DNA from: an uncultured virus (IMG/VR IMGVR_UViG_3300044845_000975)
Lineage: Duplodnaviria; Heunggongvirae; Uroviricota; Caudoviricetes
DNA: 64,000 nt
IMG/VR virus record: IMGVR_UViG_3300044845_000975
Direction: 5' to 3' (one strand)
Position 1 is the first letter of the stretch. Each line of letters opens with the position of its first letter. The notes below the pieces were generated by a model. That model had not been told where the DNA came from. It saw nothing but the letters and a program-made list of their open reading frames with translations, and did no database searches. Position numbers and translations under genes: made by a program. Below are positions 1 through 10,547 of the stretch, piece after piece.

Positions 1-921
1 CTCTTTAATATCAAGCTTTTGCCGCCTGATTTGAGTAAGTCTAAAAATGATTTCGCCATTGAAGGTAGGAATATTCGATATGGATTAAATAGCATTAAAG
101 GAATCTCTGACAATACTCTTGATTCTCTTATGGAGTTTTGCCAAGCAGACTTGAAAACTAAATACGATGTATTCATTGCAGCTAAACAAGTTGGGCTAAA
201 CATTGGTAATCTATCCGCATTGATTCAGGCTGGCGCACTTAATAGCTTTTCAGAAGATCGTTGCCGTTTAGTTTTAGAGGCTCAAGCCTTTAACATCTTA
301 ACCGAAAGAGAAAAGAGGCTATTCATGTCTTTGGGTGAGAAATATAATTACGATATTTTAAACACAATCCATGATTGCGTTAAAAATAAACAAGTTGGGG
401 ACGATAACAAGCCAATCATGAATGAAAAGAGATTTGATACATTCAAGGGTAAGTATGCTGGCTATCGTGAAATTTACGACAAGAATAGCAAAAGTCCTAA
501 ATTTGCTAACTGGTATTTTGAAAGCAAATTACTTGGTTACTCTTATTCTTATAAGATCAAGGATATTTTTTCGGAAGAAAGTTCAGAACGATACACTGAT
601 TGTCTAACATTCAATTCCCTTGACATTAACGAGTCCGTGCGTATGGTAGGAGTGGTGAAAGACTGCTTTAAGAAGAAAAGCGCCAATGGAAATAAATATG
701 CTAAACTCGAAATCTCTGATGAGAATGGCAAAATTAGAGCTATGCTTCTTGATTCTGCTAGACAAGCTAAACTTACCGAATATTTGGACAATGGCAACAA
801 ATTACCAAAAGAAGAAAACATTGTAATCCTTTCTGGACGTAAAGGAGAAGATATTCTTTTTATTGATAAAATGGCTATTTTAGATGAAAAGATTTATATG
901 AAACTATCTGAGATTAAATAA
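1..921 (+). CDS. dnaE: DNA polymerase III alpha subunit, C-terminal part (5' truncated by window edge)
   Basis: Frame open from base 1; LLPPD..S..F....IRYGLNSIKGI motif, LIQAGAL HhH region, E..LLGY and C-terminal OB fold (KKSANGNKYAKLEISDENG). Confidence 0.9.
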   Translation, partial: LFNIKLLPPDLSKSKNDFAIEGRNIRYGLNSIKGISDNTLDSLMEFCQADLKTKYDVFIAAKQVGLNIGNLSALIQAGALNSFSEDRCRLVLEAQAFNILTEREKRLFMSLGEKYNYDILNTIHDCVKNKQVGDDNKPIMNEKRFDTFKGKYAGYREIYDKNSKSPKFANWYFESKLLGYSYSYKIKDIFSEESSERYTDCLTFNSLDINESVRMVGVVKDCFKKKSANGNKYAKLEISDENGKIRAMLLDSARQAKLTEYLDNGNKLPKEENIVILSGRKGEDILFIDKMAILDEKIYMKLSEIK

Positions 922-931
922 GTGTAAAAAT

Positions 932-3337
932 ATGAGGATGAAAAATTTTAATTTGACCCCGCGAGTCAAAAAAGCAATTCAACAAGCACAAAATGTCGCT
1001 AAAGAATTGGGGCATGAGAGAGTTAATTGTGCCCACATATTCAAAACGATTCTTGAATTGGATTATCCATTATTTAATAATCTTTTTCGTCCTTACTTAG
1101 TTAACCGATATGACTTAGCTTCTGAAGTTATTCCTTTTGTTTTAGAGAATCACCCATCTTTCTTTAAGAAAAGAGTCAATCAAAAAACTTGGCACAACGA
1201 AGTTGAAGAAATTTTAAAATTCTCTAATGAGACTGGTATGCAATTAAATCAGGAATACATTGGCGTTGAACACGTTCTGTATTCATTAGTTATGACTTCT
1301 CCTACTGTCAGGGGATTCTTAGCTGCAAAAAAATTTCCAGTAGATCGTTTTGCAAATACTCTTATTGAGTCAATGAGTCCTCAAAAGATGATGTCTCAAG
1401 AAGAACCAGTTGTCACAGAAGAGGCTGTAGATATTGAGAGTGAAAAAGCGGAAGATGTAAAATATATTCGCAAGTATTGTGTTGATTTAAATAAACTAGC
1501 TTTAGAGAATAAACTCAACAACGTTTATGGGCGAGAAAAAGAAATCGACGCTTTGGCTGAAATTTTATTGAGAAAAAACAAGAGCAATGCAGTTCTTATT
1601 GGAGATCCTGGCGTTGGTAAAACAGCAATCGTTGAAGGATTAGCTCACAAAATTACTCATGGAGAAACTACTGATCTTCTATCAGGCAAGATTATTCTAT
1701 CTCTTAACTTAGGTTCTCTTGTTGCTGGAACAAAATATAGAGGCCAATTCGAAGAGAGATTTCAAGGTCTTTTAGAAAATCTTAAAAAAGATCGTCGCTA
1801 TATTCTTTTTATTGATGAAATTCATACAGTGATTGGCGCTGGTAGTGGAGAAGGTTCTCTCGATGCGGCGAACATGATTAAACCAGCCCTAGCTCGCGGA
1901 GAAATCACTTGTATTGGCGCTACAACACATGCTGAGTACAAGAAGGTCTTTGAGAAAGACTCTGCGTTAAAACGCCGTTTTGAGTCTGTTTCTATTGATG
2001 AGCCTAACACTGTTCAAACCATCAACATTATCAAAAATGCGAAAACTCAATTTGAAGAATTTCATTATGTTAATTTTTCAGAAGATATTATCAAAGATTT
2101 GATTTATCTTTGCGATAAATACATGCCATATAGGAAGTTTCCAGATAAAGCCTTTGACATGATGGACTTTATTGGTTCTAAAATTAAGATTAAAAATTTT
2201 AAACTTCCAAAGAGTATTAAGGACTTAGAAAAAAAAATCAAACAAACTCTTAACGGAAAGACCAGCAATCAAACTCATGACAAGTGCAACGAAATGATTG
2301 CAGACTTTGGTGAAAAACTATGCAAGTGGTCAACTAAAAGTCAAAAAAAAATCAACGTCTCTAGGGAAGATTTAATCTCCTTCTTCGCAGAAAGGCTTCA
2401 AATTAATAAAGATAAAATTGTTATTTCAGATAATGATTGCGGTGAAGACATTGCATCGTCTTTGAAAAAGCTTGTATTTGGTCAAGACAAAGCAATTGAT
2501 AAAATTTCTGATGTTTTAACTTGCTCCCGCGCAGGGTTAAAGTCTAAAAATAAACCTCTTGGTAAATTTTTATTCATTGGTCCTACTGGCGTAGGTAAGA
2601 CTTGGACTGCGAAACTTCTTGCTGACAAGTTCTTTGGTAATGAAAAACTTATTCTTAAATTAGACATGAGTGAATACCAAGAAAGCAGTTCAATTAATAA
2701 ACTAATCGGTTCTACCATTGGTTATATTGGTTCTGAAGAAGGAGGAATTCTTACAGAATTTGTTCGCAATAATCCAAACTCTGTTGTGCTTTTTGATGAA
2801 ATTGAGAAGGCTCATAAAGACCTTTCTAATATCTTGCTTCAAATTATGGATGAAGGTTATGTAACAGACAGTCTTGGTCGAAAAATTGATTTCACTAATA
2901 CTATCATTATTTTAACTGGCAACATTGGTCATGAAACAGCCCAGCCAAAACCATCAATGGGATTTATGCAAACAGCAGAAGAACCATCTGATAATTATAA
3001 AAAAGCTGTGGAATCTTTTTTCCGTCCAGAATTCTTAGCTAGACTTGACGAAGTAATTATTTTCGAGAAAATTACTGGCAAAGAATTTAATCAAATGCTA
3101 GAAAAATTAATCATTAAAACTAAAAAGCTCTTAGCAGAACAGAACAAAAATATCTCTCTTGAAGAAGAAGTATTCCCTTTTCTACTTAAGAAGCTTGAAG
3201 GTCAGGGTAATAATGCCAGAATGATTGAAAAAATTTATCGTCAGCATTTTGAAATCCCATTAGCCAAGTTCTTGCTCAAAACTTCTTCATCTGAAATTTA
3301 TGCAAAAATTAATAGTAATGATGTAATTTTTTCCTAA
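932..3337 (+). CDS. clpC: ClpA/ClpC-type double AAA+ chaperone ATPase
   Basis: Clp-N repeats, Walker A GDPGVGKT and GPTGVGKT, Walker B LFIDEIH and LFDEIEKAH, AGTKYRGQFEER, ClpP-docking MGF loop. Confidence 0.9.
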   Translation: MRMKNFNLTPRVKKAIQQAQNVAKELGHERVNCAHIFKTILELDYPLFNNLFRPYLVNRYDLASEVIPFVLENHPSFFKKRVNQKTWHNEVEEILKFSNETGMQLNQEYIGVEHVLYSLVMTSPTVRGFLAAKKFPVDRFANTLIESMSPQKMMSQEEPVVTEEAVDIESEKAEDVKYIRKYCVDLNKLALENKLNNVYGREKEIDALAEILLRKNKSNAVLIGDPGVGKTAIVEGLAHKITHGETTDLLSGKIILSLNLGSLVAGTKYRGQFEERFQGLLENLKKDRRYILFIDEIHTVIGAGSGEGSLDAANMIKPALARGEITCIGATTHAEYKKVFEKDSALKRRFESVSIDEPNTVQTINIIKNAKTQFEEFHYVNFSEDIIKDLIYLCDKYMPYRKFPDKAFDMMDFIGSKIKIKNFKLPKSIKDLEKKIKQTLNGKTSNQTHDKCNEMIADFGEKLCKWSTKSQKKINVSREDLISFFAERLQINKDKIVISDNDCGEDIASSLKKLVFGQDKAIDKISDVLTCSRAGLKSKNKPLGKFLFIGPTGVGKTWTAKLLADKFFGNEKLILKLDMSEYQESSSINKLIGSTIGYIGSEEGGILTEFVRNNPNSVVLFDEIEKAHKDLSNILLQIMDEGYVTDSLGRKIDFTNTIIILTGNIGHETAQPKPSMGFMQTAEEPSDNYKKAVESFFRPEFLARLDEVIIFEKITGKEFNQMLEKLIIKTKKLLAEQNKNISLEEEVFPFLLKKLEGQGNNARMIEKIYRQHFEIPLAKFLLKTSSSEIYAKINSNDVIFS

Positions 3338-3353
3338 TCTTATCGTTATTAAT

Positions 3354-3584
3354 ATGAAAGATATGAAAACCGATATTAACGAAAATAAAATCATGAGAGC
3401 TATGCGCTCTAGCCGTGGTCAATTCTTTGGACTCACTACTACTCAAGGCAACACTATTAACGGTCGTTTCGTTAGTGAAACCGCTCGATACGTTCGCGTA
3501 TTTGATCGAAATCGCAACACTAACCTAACAATTGCCAAGACTAGTCTAGCTAGTATTCGCTGTAATAATGTCCTTATTGGATAA
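3354..3584 (+). CDS. hypothetical protein
   Basis: Tightly packed ORF followed by a terminator. Confidence 0.7.
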   Translation: MKDMKTDINENKIMRAMRSSRGQFFGLTTTQGNTINGRFVSETARYVRVFDRNRNTNLTIAKTSLASIRCNNVLIG

Positions 3585-3605
3585 TTAGCAATAACAAAAA
3601 ACTAT

Positions 3606-3638
3606 GAAAACCCGTCGAATTAGACGGGTTTTCTTTTT
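3606..3638 (+). terminator. intrinsic terminator
   Basis: gaaaacccgtc/gacgggttttc hairpin followed by a T-tract. Confidence 0.8.
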
Positions 3639-3647
3639 ATTATAAGT

Positions 3648-4706
3648 ATGCCGAGAATAGCTAACCTCTTCAAAGAAAAACTATACGTTTTCAGCAATCA
3701 GCCAGAAGTATATTCTTCGGAAAAAGATTTAATTAAAAGTATTTTTTGGCAAGAGAATTTAAATGAACCCAAGGACATTAAGTTTGTTGATGCCAATATT
3801 AATAATGATTTATTTTTAGTGAATAATGAAGATGGTAATTTTTACGTCAAACTATCTTTAGATTTAGAAAATTCACAATTAGATAAAGAGTTTAATATCA
3901 TTTCAGATAATATTGAGCACTTGCTAACTCCGTTTGCAGTTTCTTACGGGTTTAGTGAATTACTAGGTCAAGTTGAATTCTCTATTTTAGCAGAAGTTCC
4001 TGCTCCTAATTTATCAGATTTTGGAATAGCTAAGTTTCTAGAAAATCCCGATATATCTCAGAATTTCTTTCAAAAACTAAGTCAATTTCGCGCTCAACGA
4101 AATCTCACGTCTTTCGAAGAATATTGTGAACCTTATTTAAATTTTGATATTTTTAAAGTTCCAGATGTTGAAATCTCTTGGATAGAGAGACATAGGGATA
4201 TTAAGAAAATCATTCAAGAACAAGTTATATATTTACAAAAATTACTGCTTCAAAAAATAAAAACTTTTAATTTGCCCAAAGTTCATGTGTGTCATGGAAA
4301 CCTAAATCCATCAACAGTCCTTATTTTAGGAGACTATATGCACGCTATTAACTGGGAAAAAGCATATCATGGAGATCAATACTTAGAGCTTTGCGGGTTA
4401 AAGTATGAACTATTCTTTGATGAAGTTGTTGAAAAAGAGCTTTTAGCTAAATTCGCTGAATCTAGTGATTATAAAATCTCAAATGAACGAATGATGGATT
4501 ATGCATTATTCTCCAAGTATTTTCATTTGCTTAAAATCATGATAGACTACTTGAATGAAACATATATTTTAAAAGCAAACAGAAAAAATAAAATATTAAA
4601 TTGCGCTATTAAGCTTAGTAGAAATTATGATACATTTTATCAATTGCCTGATTTTGATAAAAAGTTGAAACCTATAGCAGAATTTTTCGCAGAAAGTGTA
4701 ATTTAG
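3648..4706 (+). CDS. APH/choline-kinase-like phosphotransferase fold, probable pseudokinase
   Basis: N-lobe FYVK, Brenner-like CHGNLNPSTV and INWE where HGD and IDWE are expected. Confidence 0.7.
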   Translation: MPRIANLFKEKLYVFSNQPEVYSSEKDLIKSIFWQENLNEPKDIKFVDANINNDLFLVNNEDGNFYVKLSLDLENSQLDKEFNIISDNIEHLLTPFAVSYGFSELLGQVEFSILAEVPAPNLSDFGIAKFLENPDISQNFFQKLSQFRAQRNLTSFEEYCEPYLNFDIFKVPDVEISWIERHRDIKKIIQEQVIYLQKLLLQKIKTFNLPKVHVCHGNLNPSTVLILGDYMHAINWEKAYHGDQYLELCGLKYELFFDEVVEKELLAKFAESSDYKISNERMMDYALFSKYFHLLKIMIDYLNETYILKANRKNKILNCAIKLSRNYDTFYQLPDFDKKLKPIAEFFAESVI

Positions 4707-4710
4707 TTAT

Positions 4711-4914
4711 ATGCCTTTACCATCACCAAGTAAAAAAGAAACACAACAGGAATTCGTAAGTCGCTGCATGGGCGATGAAATGATGAATGAAGATTATAAA
4801 GATCAAAAGCAGCGTGCTGCTGTTTGCTATAGTCAATTTAGTCGCCGCATGAAAAACAAGGGCGAGGCTTCTTGGGATGACGTTCGCAAAGGAGACAGCT
4901 TAGGTTTAATTTAA
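4711..4914 (+). CDS. small conserved phage protein
   Basis: P.P.....EFVSRCM...QRAAVCYSQ pattern recurrent in phage proteins; GTGTAA motif upstream. Confidence 0.7.
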   Translation: MPLPSPSKKETQQEFVSRCMGDEMMNEDYKDQKQRAAVCYSQFSRRMKNKGEASWDDVRKGDSLGLI

Positions 4915-4938
4915 TTTTTATAAAGGCAAAAGGAAAAT

Positions 4939-6558
4939 ATGGCAACTTACGTTTTACAAAATTCTGCTCAACAAATTGATCAAGCCGTTGGCGCGGCTTA
5001 TTCAGGACTAATTGTTGCGGGTACTGGAATTGTTAGATTAACTGGCGCTCAAGAAATTAGCGGGGTTAAAACCTTTGCGGATTTTGCTTACTTTGAAAGT
5101 GGCGCAAATTTATCTGGACTTTCCAGCATTGAAAAGGTTAATTTGACCAATTCTGTTTACAGCATTTCTCCAACAGGAGATAATACCGTAGATTTAGGCT
5201 CTCAAAGCAAGAGATTTAAAACTGGATGGTTTAACACCATTACTGGTAACAGCGGTATTATTGGTGGCGATTTTACTGTTTTGGGCACATTGAATGCCAC
5301 TATTGTTCCAGCTATTAGTCTTAATAATGCTCAAGGTAATAATCTCACATTAAGCGGAACCACAAACTTAAATAATGCTAATTTTAGCGGCAATGCTATT
5401 GTAGCTAACGTGCTAACCACTAGTGGTAATTTCAATGTTTCTGGCAATTCCATTTTTAATGGAACCATTACTGCTACTGGCAATAAAACTTTTTCAGGTA
5501 CTTTCAGCCAATCAGGAAGCTCCACATTTAACGGCGACATTAATCATAATGGAGTATTAACTTCAACAGGCATTTGGAATCATACTGGAGTTTTCAACCA
5601 AAGTGGCGACGTTTATTCAAATGGAGCTTTAACACACACAGGATTAGCTTTTTTCAATAATAGCTATACTGGTTTTATTGTGAGTGGGGTTGGCTTAGGC
5701 CAATCTGTTACCATCTACTCTCCAGTGAATATTATTGGCGACGTAGAAATATCTGGACAATCTTTCATTATTAAGAACGATATTTCCCATTCTGGAAATT
5801 TCTCTCAGACTGGCGCAGTGTTTATTACTGGCAATGTTGCAATTTCTGGCGCTTCTACCTTCAACGGTAACTGTTCAATCGTTAATGCATCATTGAATCT
5901 AAGCGGAAACTCTTCGTCTCCATCATTGCTTTTTAATAAAAGTTTGACTACAACGCCTGTCATTGGAGCTATTGAATATGATAAAGCATTTTTTGCTACA
6001 AACGAACTAACTGGATCAGCAAATCGTTCTCTCATTAATCAGACGTTCAATTATATTGCTCCGCAGAATTTTTATGCAGCAATCCCTACTGCACATGCAA
6101 ATACACCACTATTAGGAAGCACTGGCATTCATCTTAATACAGGACGTTATCATATTAAATACGATGTAAAATTTAGTCAAGGGGGAACTGCTACTAAATC
6201 TATCGCTTTAGGAATCACTGGTAATCACATTACTAATAGAATTGGCACTTTAACAAGTTCTGTAGCCACTGGTTTTGCAAGTGTTACTCGCACAGGATTT
6301 TATGCAAATACATCCACAGCAGGAATTATTGCTAGCGGTGTAAATATTGATAACACATCGAGCGATGCTTTTAATAGTTTTTATACTTTTGATGCTACAG
6401 TCACAATTACTGGAGCAACAAAAATTCAACCTATTTTTAGAATTGGAGCTTCCCCCGTTGCTCTTACGGGAAGAGCTTTTTGTATGGAAGTTACTCAATT
6501 AGCTACTGGCACAGGAGTTGGGTTGGTTGGAGCTAACGGCCCTTGGTCGGATTTATAA
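4939..6558 (+). CDS. tail fibre / virion structural protein
   Basis: G/S/T/N-rich beta repeats; LTGAQEISGVKTF and PTGDNTVDLGS...RF motifs typical of fibres. Confidence 0.7.
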   Translation: MATYVLQNSAQQIDQAVGAAYSGLIVAGTGIVRLTGAQEISGVKTFADFAYFESGANLSGLSSIEKVNLTNSVYSISPTGDNTVDLGSQSKRFKTGWFNTITGNSGIIGGDFTVLGTLNATIVPAISLNNAQGNNLTLSGTTNLNNANFSGNAIVANVLTTSGNFNVSGNSIFNGTITATGNKTFSGTFSQSGSSTFNGDINHNGVLTSTGIWNHTGVFNQSGDVYSNGALTHTGLAFFNNSYTGFIVSGVGLGQSVTIYSPVNIIGDVEISGQSFIIKNDISHSGNFSQTGAVFITGNVAISGASTFNGNCSIVNASLNLSGNSSSPSLLFNKSLTTTPVIGAIEYDKAFFATNELTGSANRSLINQTFNYIAPQNFYAAIPTAHANTPLLGSTGIHLNTGRYHIKYDVKFSQGGTATKSIALGITGNHITNRIGTLTSSVATGFASVTRTGFYANTSTAGIIASGVNIDNTSSDAFNSFYTFDATVTITGATKIQPIFRIGASPVALTGRAFCMEVTQLATGTGVGLVGANGPWSDL

Positions 6559-6561
6559 CTT

Positions 6562-7218
6562 ATGCCTTATCTCAATCATAATATTCCCACGGTTACTTGC
6601 TTAATTCGCAACGAATATTTATTCAATAATGAAAAAGGTCATGGCGAATACACACCAGCCGATGTGCATTCTGTTGCTTCAATTGAGAAGAGAGTTCCAC
6701 TATTTGAAGCTTATCTTAATAATGGAGTGAATTGGACTCGTCGCCCAATCACTGCGTTTTGTTGGAAACCTTGCGCTCCAGTGCCTTTAGAGCACGCAAT
6801 GTATTGGGACTGCTTTAGTCCTTATATTGACGTTCAAGTGCGTCAGAGACTCAAAGGATTGAGAGCAAAGCTAGTCACACCATCCAACACTAAAGAGTGT
6901 GGCGAATACATGTTCACAATGGATTGGTCGTGGGAAAATAAAGCAATGCTGGATACTAATTTCAGCGAAACTCCAGAACATAAATGCGCCCATTTCTTTA
7001 AAATGGATAATGGCAATTTCTACGCTTACCCAAACAACAGAATCATTTGGCACGATGATGCTTGGGTTTACGAGCCTATTGAGAGTAATCCAGGGTATAA
7101 AATTGATTTAACTATTTACTCTGTAGAAAACAAAAAGAACAAATTCACTGATTACAGTTATTTCACTGAGTTTTCAGACGCGCCAATTCATCACACAGAG
7201 CCTCAATTAAATCACTAA
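6562..7218 (+). CDS. conserved hypothetical phage protein
   Basis: 218-aa ORF with YLNHNIP, WDCFS and YAYPNNR patterns; function unknown. Confidence 0.7.
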   Translation: MPYLNHNIPTVTCLIRNEYLFNNEKGHGEYTPADVHSVASIEKRVPLFEAYLNNGVNWTRRPITAFCWKPCAPVPLEHAMYWDCFSPYIDVQVRQRLKGLRAKLVTPSNTKECGEYMFTMDWSWENKAMLDTNFSETPEHKCAHFFKMDNGNFYAYPNNRIIWHDDAWVYEPIESNPGYKIDLTIYSVENKKNKFTDYSYFTEFSDAPIHHTEPQLNH

Positions 7219-7637
7219 CTTCTTTGCAGATAACAATACATGCCGTAGCCTGCCATGATTTGTAAAAATCTTTCAACAGTGACAGTATGCGGTTGTTTAA
7301 TGTAGTCCCAAATTGTGATCTGATCTGTTGGTGCTATTGTGTTTTGCTGCAAACTAAGATTAAGCATCACAACTAATTTTGTGAATTCAGCCTCATCTGT
7401 TTTGTTGGCAGCAAGTTTAATATTTTCTGGTTGCACATCAAAAGGAGTAATGTTATCTGTGCTAGATGCGAAATAAGATATAGCATCGTCCAAAGAATTA
7501 GCCCATATCCACCCATCAACAGGGTAAGTATATTCATCTTTGTTTTCAGCTACTAAAACGTAGTTAGCTCCCTCAACAAAGTTAGGGGCATATAGAATTT
7601 GAGATTCGTCTTTTTTATAAAATCCTGCGTTATTCAT
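7215..7637 (-). CDS. hypothetical protein, possible fibre assembly protein
   Basis: Last gene of the minus-strand tail operon; YTYPVDGW motif. Confidence 0.6.
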   Translation of the reverse strand: MNNAGFYKKDESQILYAPNFVEGANYVLVAENKDEYTYPVDGWIWANSLDDAISYFASSTDNITPFDVQPENIKLAANKTDEAEFTKLVVMLNLSLQQNTIAPTDQITIWDYIKQPHTVTVERFLQIMAGYGMYCYLQRS

Positions 7638-7643
7638 AATAAA

Positions 7644-10172
7644 TTATCCTGCTACAGCAAAACCTTTAAGAATTGCTTTGTAAGTTCCAAGTAATCGAAA
7701 AGAGAGTGTTTGTGCCGAGCCACCTGCCATTGGCCTTGACATTGTTACACTGGTATTTGGAACGATGCTTTCGATTGTTGAATTATATTTAACTGTTCCA
7801 GAACCGTTTGTTGTCAACGGTAATGCGGAACCACCAACCGAACTTGCTACTTGAAATGTGTTTGTTGTTGACCCTACCACATAATAGATTGTATTAATAA
7901 CAATACCTGTTGTAGAGGTAATTGTAGAAAATGCGACTTCATCGCCATTACTTAAACCATGGTTGTTTAATGTTACTAAATCCCCGACATCGGTAAATGT
8001 TACCGTTCTACCCGTTGTAAGACTTGTATTTGTTCCTGTAACTTGCATACCAGTAACTAGACCAGTAGTACTAGCCATTGATATTGTTACTGAGCCGCTT
8101 GTTAATGTTCCTGTTAGGTTAACAGGAGTTGGTGCTCCCCAGTTACCCGTTATGGTTATAGTTCTAGTTGCGCCAACCGTCGCTGTTCCTAAATTTGCAA
8201 AAATGGTTTCAAGAGCTTCTTTTGACAATTTATTATTTGTAAAATCAACAGTATATTTTATATTATATATTCCATTAGATGCTAAAGAATAGCAATTCGT
8301 AAACATTGTTGTCAAAACAGTTGCGGCGTTAGCATTTAGTGCTGGCACCTTTGACAATGAAAAGCAAGTATTAAACATGCTAGTTGAGTTTGTCACAGCA
8401 GCTAAGTCAAATTCTGGAACTGTTTTTAATGAGAAGCAGTTAGATAAGAACAAATTTATTGAAGTTACTTTGGTTGTGTTAAATAACGGGACTTCCCTTA
8501 AAGAATAGCAGTTTTGAAACATACTAGCCATAGTCGTCACGTTTTCAGTATTAAACAACGGAACAGTTGTCAGATTAAAACAGTTAGCAAACATACTGCC
8601 CATATTTGTTACTTTTGAAGTATTGAAAAGTGGAACTTCAGTGAGATTATTACAACTTGAAAACATTTGATTCATTGATGTAACATTTTCAGTATTAAAC
8701 AAAGGAACTGTTGTTAAACTAGTACAAGCTTCAAACATTGAAGACATATCTACACTAACATTAGATGTATTAAATAACGGAACTGTTGTTAAACTTGAAC
8801 AACCATTAAACATATTACTCATGTTTATAACTGCAATTGTATTAAACAACGGAACACTTTCTAAACTTGTGCAGTTAGAAAACATAACAGACATAACTGT
8901 TACTTTTGAAGTATTGAAAAGAGGAACTTTAATTAAGTCGCCGCATAATCTAAACATTGTTGTCATACTTGTGACATTAGATGTATTAAACAAAGGAACT
9001 GTTTTTAAACTACTGCATGATTCAAACATATTACCCATTAATGTAACATTTGACGTATTAAATAACGGAACTGTTATTAAACTTGTGCAACCATTAAACA
9101 TATTACTCATTGCTGTAACACTTGATGTATCAAATAGAGGCACAGTTTCTAACGAAACGCAACTTTGAAACATGCTACTCATATTTGTTACTTTTGAAGT
9201 ATCAAAAAGTGGAACCTCTTTTAAAGAAGAGCAAGTTAGAAACATGCTGCTGGTATTTGTTACTTTTGAAGTATTAAAAAATGGTATATTTGTTAATGAA
9301 CGACAAGCATCAAACATATTGCTCATGTTTGTAACATTTGATGTATCAAACAAGGGTACGCTTTTTAAACTAAAGCAATCCGAAAACATTGATGATGTTG
9401 TTGTAACGTTAGATGTATTAGTTTCATTATTAAATGTTACTATTTCTAATGATCTGCAATCAGTAAACGCAGATGACATATTAGTTAATAAGGCGCTTGT
9501 TTTACCTATATCAACTCGCATCAAGCTATGCATGCCTCTCAAAGCATTGGTTAAACTAGCTAAATTGCCTATATTAATTAAATTAGCGTAACTTGCAAAC
9601 CTTGGAAAAATAGCGGCTGATGTAACAGAAGACGTACCAAGTGTAAGAGATGTTAAATTTGGGCAAGAGATATATAGTTCAGCTATTGGTTGAGAATAGT
9701 AATTAGTTCCGCTACCTGCATAACCTGGATACCTTGTTTGGAAATTTAATGATGTTAAACTTGCACCACTTTGAGGAGTAATTGTTAACAAAGCTTGCTT
9801 GTATCCCTCAGAGTTTAATGTTACACCTGATGTATCGTATCCTGTATAATTGTAAGCATGTGAGGCAATGCCAGTTTGGCCAGTGCCAATAGATTCTGTT
9901 ACACTACCATCACCCCAATCAACTGTATAATTTCCGCTAGCAGTAAAGGCTAAAAAATTCGATTCATCATTTGATATAAAAACCAACGATACTACTTTTT
10001 CATCTGAGCTAGTTATACTAGGGATATTTAGGTAATCGCCAGGTCTTGAATATACTCCATCATTATTAGTATGCGGCAATTTTACTCTTTCATCTCTATT
10101 GTAGCCCAAATAAGAAGAAGAAATCTCTTTATCAGATAAAGTAGCTGTTTTTTGACCGTAGCGAATGCTCAT
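7644..10172 (-). CDS. BspA/DUF285-like leucine-rich-repeat surface or virion protein
   Basis: About 15 tandem 23-aa repeats (VPLFNTSNVTxMxxMFxxCxSL), N-terminal YTVDWGDG motif, beta-rich C-terminus. Confidence 0.85.
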   Translation of the reverse strand: MSIRYGQKTATLSDKEISSSYLGYNRDERVKLPHTNNDGVYSRPGDYLNIPSITSSDEKVVSLVFISNDESNFLAFTASGNYTVDWGDGSVTESIGTGQTGIASHAYNYTGYDTSGVTLNSEGYKQALLTITPQSGASLTSLNFQTRYPGYAGSGTNYYSQPIAELYISCPNLTSLTLGTSSVTSAAIFPRFASYANLINIGNLASLTNALRGMHSLMRVDIGKTSALLTNMSSAFTDCRSLEIVTFNNETNTSNVTTTSSMFSDCFSLKSVPLFDTSNVTNMSNMFDACRSLTNIPFFNTSKVTNTSSMFLTCSSLKEVPLFDTSKVTNMSSMFQSCVSLETVPLFDTSSVTAMSNMFNGCTSLITVPLFNTSNVTLMGNMFESCSSLKTVPLFNTSNVTSMTTMFRLCGDLIKVPLFNTSKVTVMSVMFSNCTSLESVPLFNTIAVINMSNMFNGCSSLTTVPLFNTSNVSVDMSSMFEACTSLTTVPLFNTENVTSMNQMFSSCNNLTEVPLFNTSKVTNMGSMFANCFNLTTVPLFNTENVTTMASMFQNCYSLREVPLFNTTKVTSINLFLSNCFSLKTVPEFDLAAVTNSTSMFNTCFSLSKVPALNANAATVLTTMFTNCYSLASNGIYNIKYTVDFTNNKLSKEALETIFANLGTATVGATRTITITGNWGAPTPVNLTGTLTSGSVTISMASTTGLVTGMQVTGTNTSLTTGRTVTFTDVGDLVTLNNHGLSNGDEVAFSTITSTTGIVINTIYYVVGSTTNTFQVASSVGGSALPLTTNGSGTVKYNSTIESIVPNTSVTMSRPMAGGSAQTLSFRLLGTYKAILKGFAVAG

Positions 10173-10175
10173 AAA

Positions 10176-10544
10176 TTATGCAGTAATTCTATTAATATAC
10201 CCATATACATTGATTCCGCTTGGAACGGAACTTGTTCCATAAATAACGCTTGCTGTTGAGCCACTTCCCTCAAGTATTAATCCAGGCGAAATAAGAGTTG
10301 GCCCAGCATAAGCTTGAACCAAGACTGGACCAAGAATGTTGGAAGATGATCCAGTTGCGCCCCAATATAAAGTTAATAGTGAATCAGCAATTCCCGTATT
10401 ATTAGCATACAGCCAAATTTCATCAACATCCACGCTATTATTTTGCGTTGCGTGCAAAAAAGTTCCTGGAACTCCAGAAGATGTCACAGTGATTCCCGCT
10501 CCAATAGCGTTTTGAGATAGTGGTATTTTAGTATAAGTTGGCAT
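10176..10544 (-). CDS. small virion structural protein (putative)
   Basis: Within the tail operon; DEIWLYANN and VYGYINRI motifs. Confidence 0.6.
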   Translation of the reverse strand: MPTYTKIPLSQNAIGAGITVTSSGVPGTFLHATQNNSVDVDEIWLYANNTGIADSLLTLYWGATGSSSNILGPVLVQAYAGPTLISPGLILEGSGSTASVIYGTSSVPSGINVYGYINRITA

Positions 10545-10547
10545 AAA

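Noticed and set aside
7963..9591. Plus-strand ORFs opposite the LRR gene, and similar shadows such as 60302-61144, 61759-62079 and 63263-63577
   Set aside because: Antisense shadows of well-supported genes with no motifs of their own.
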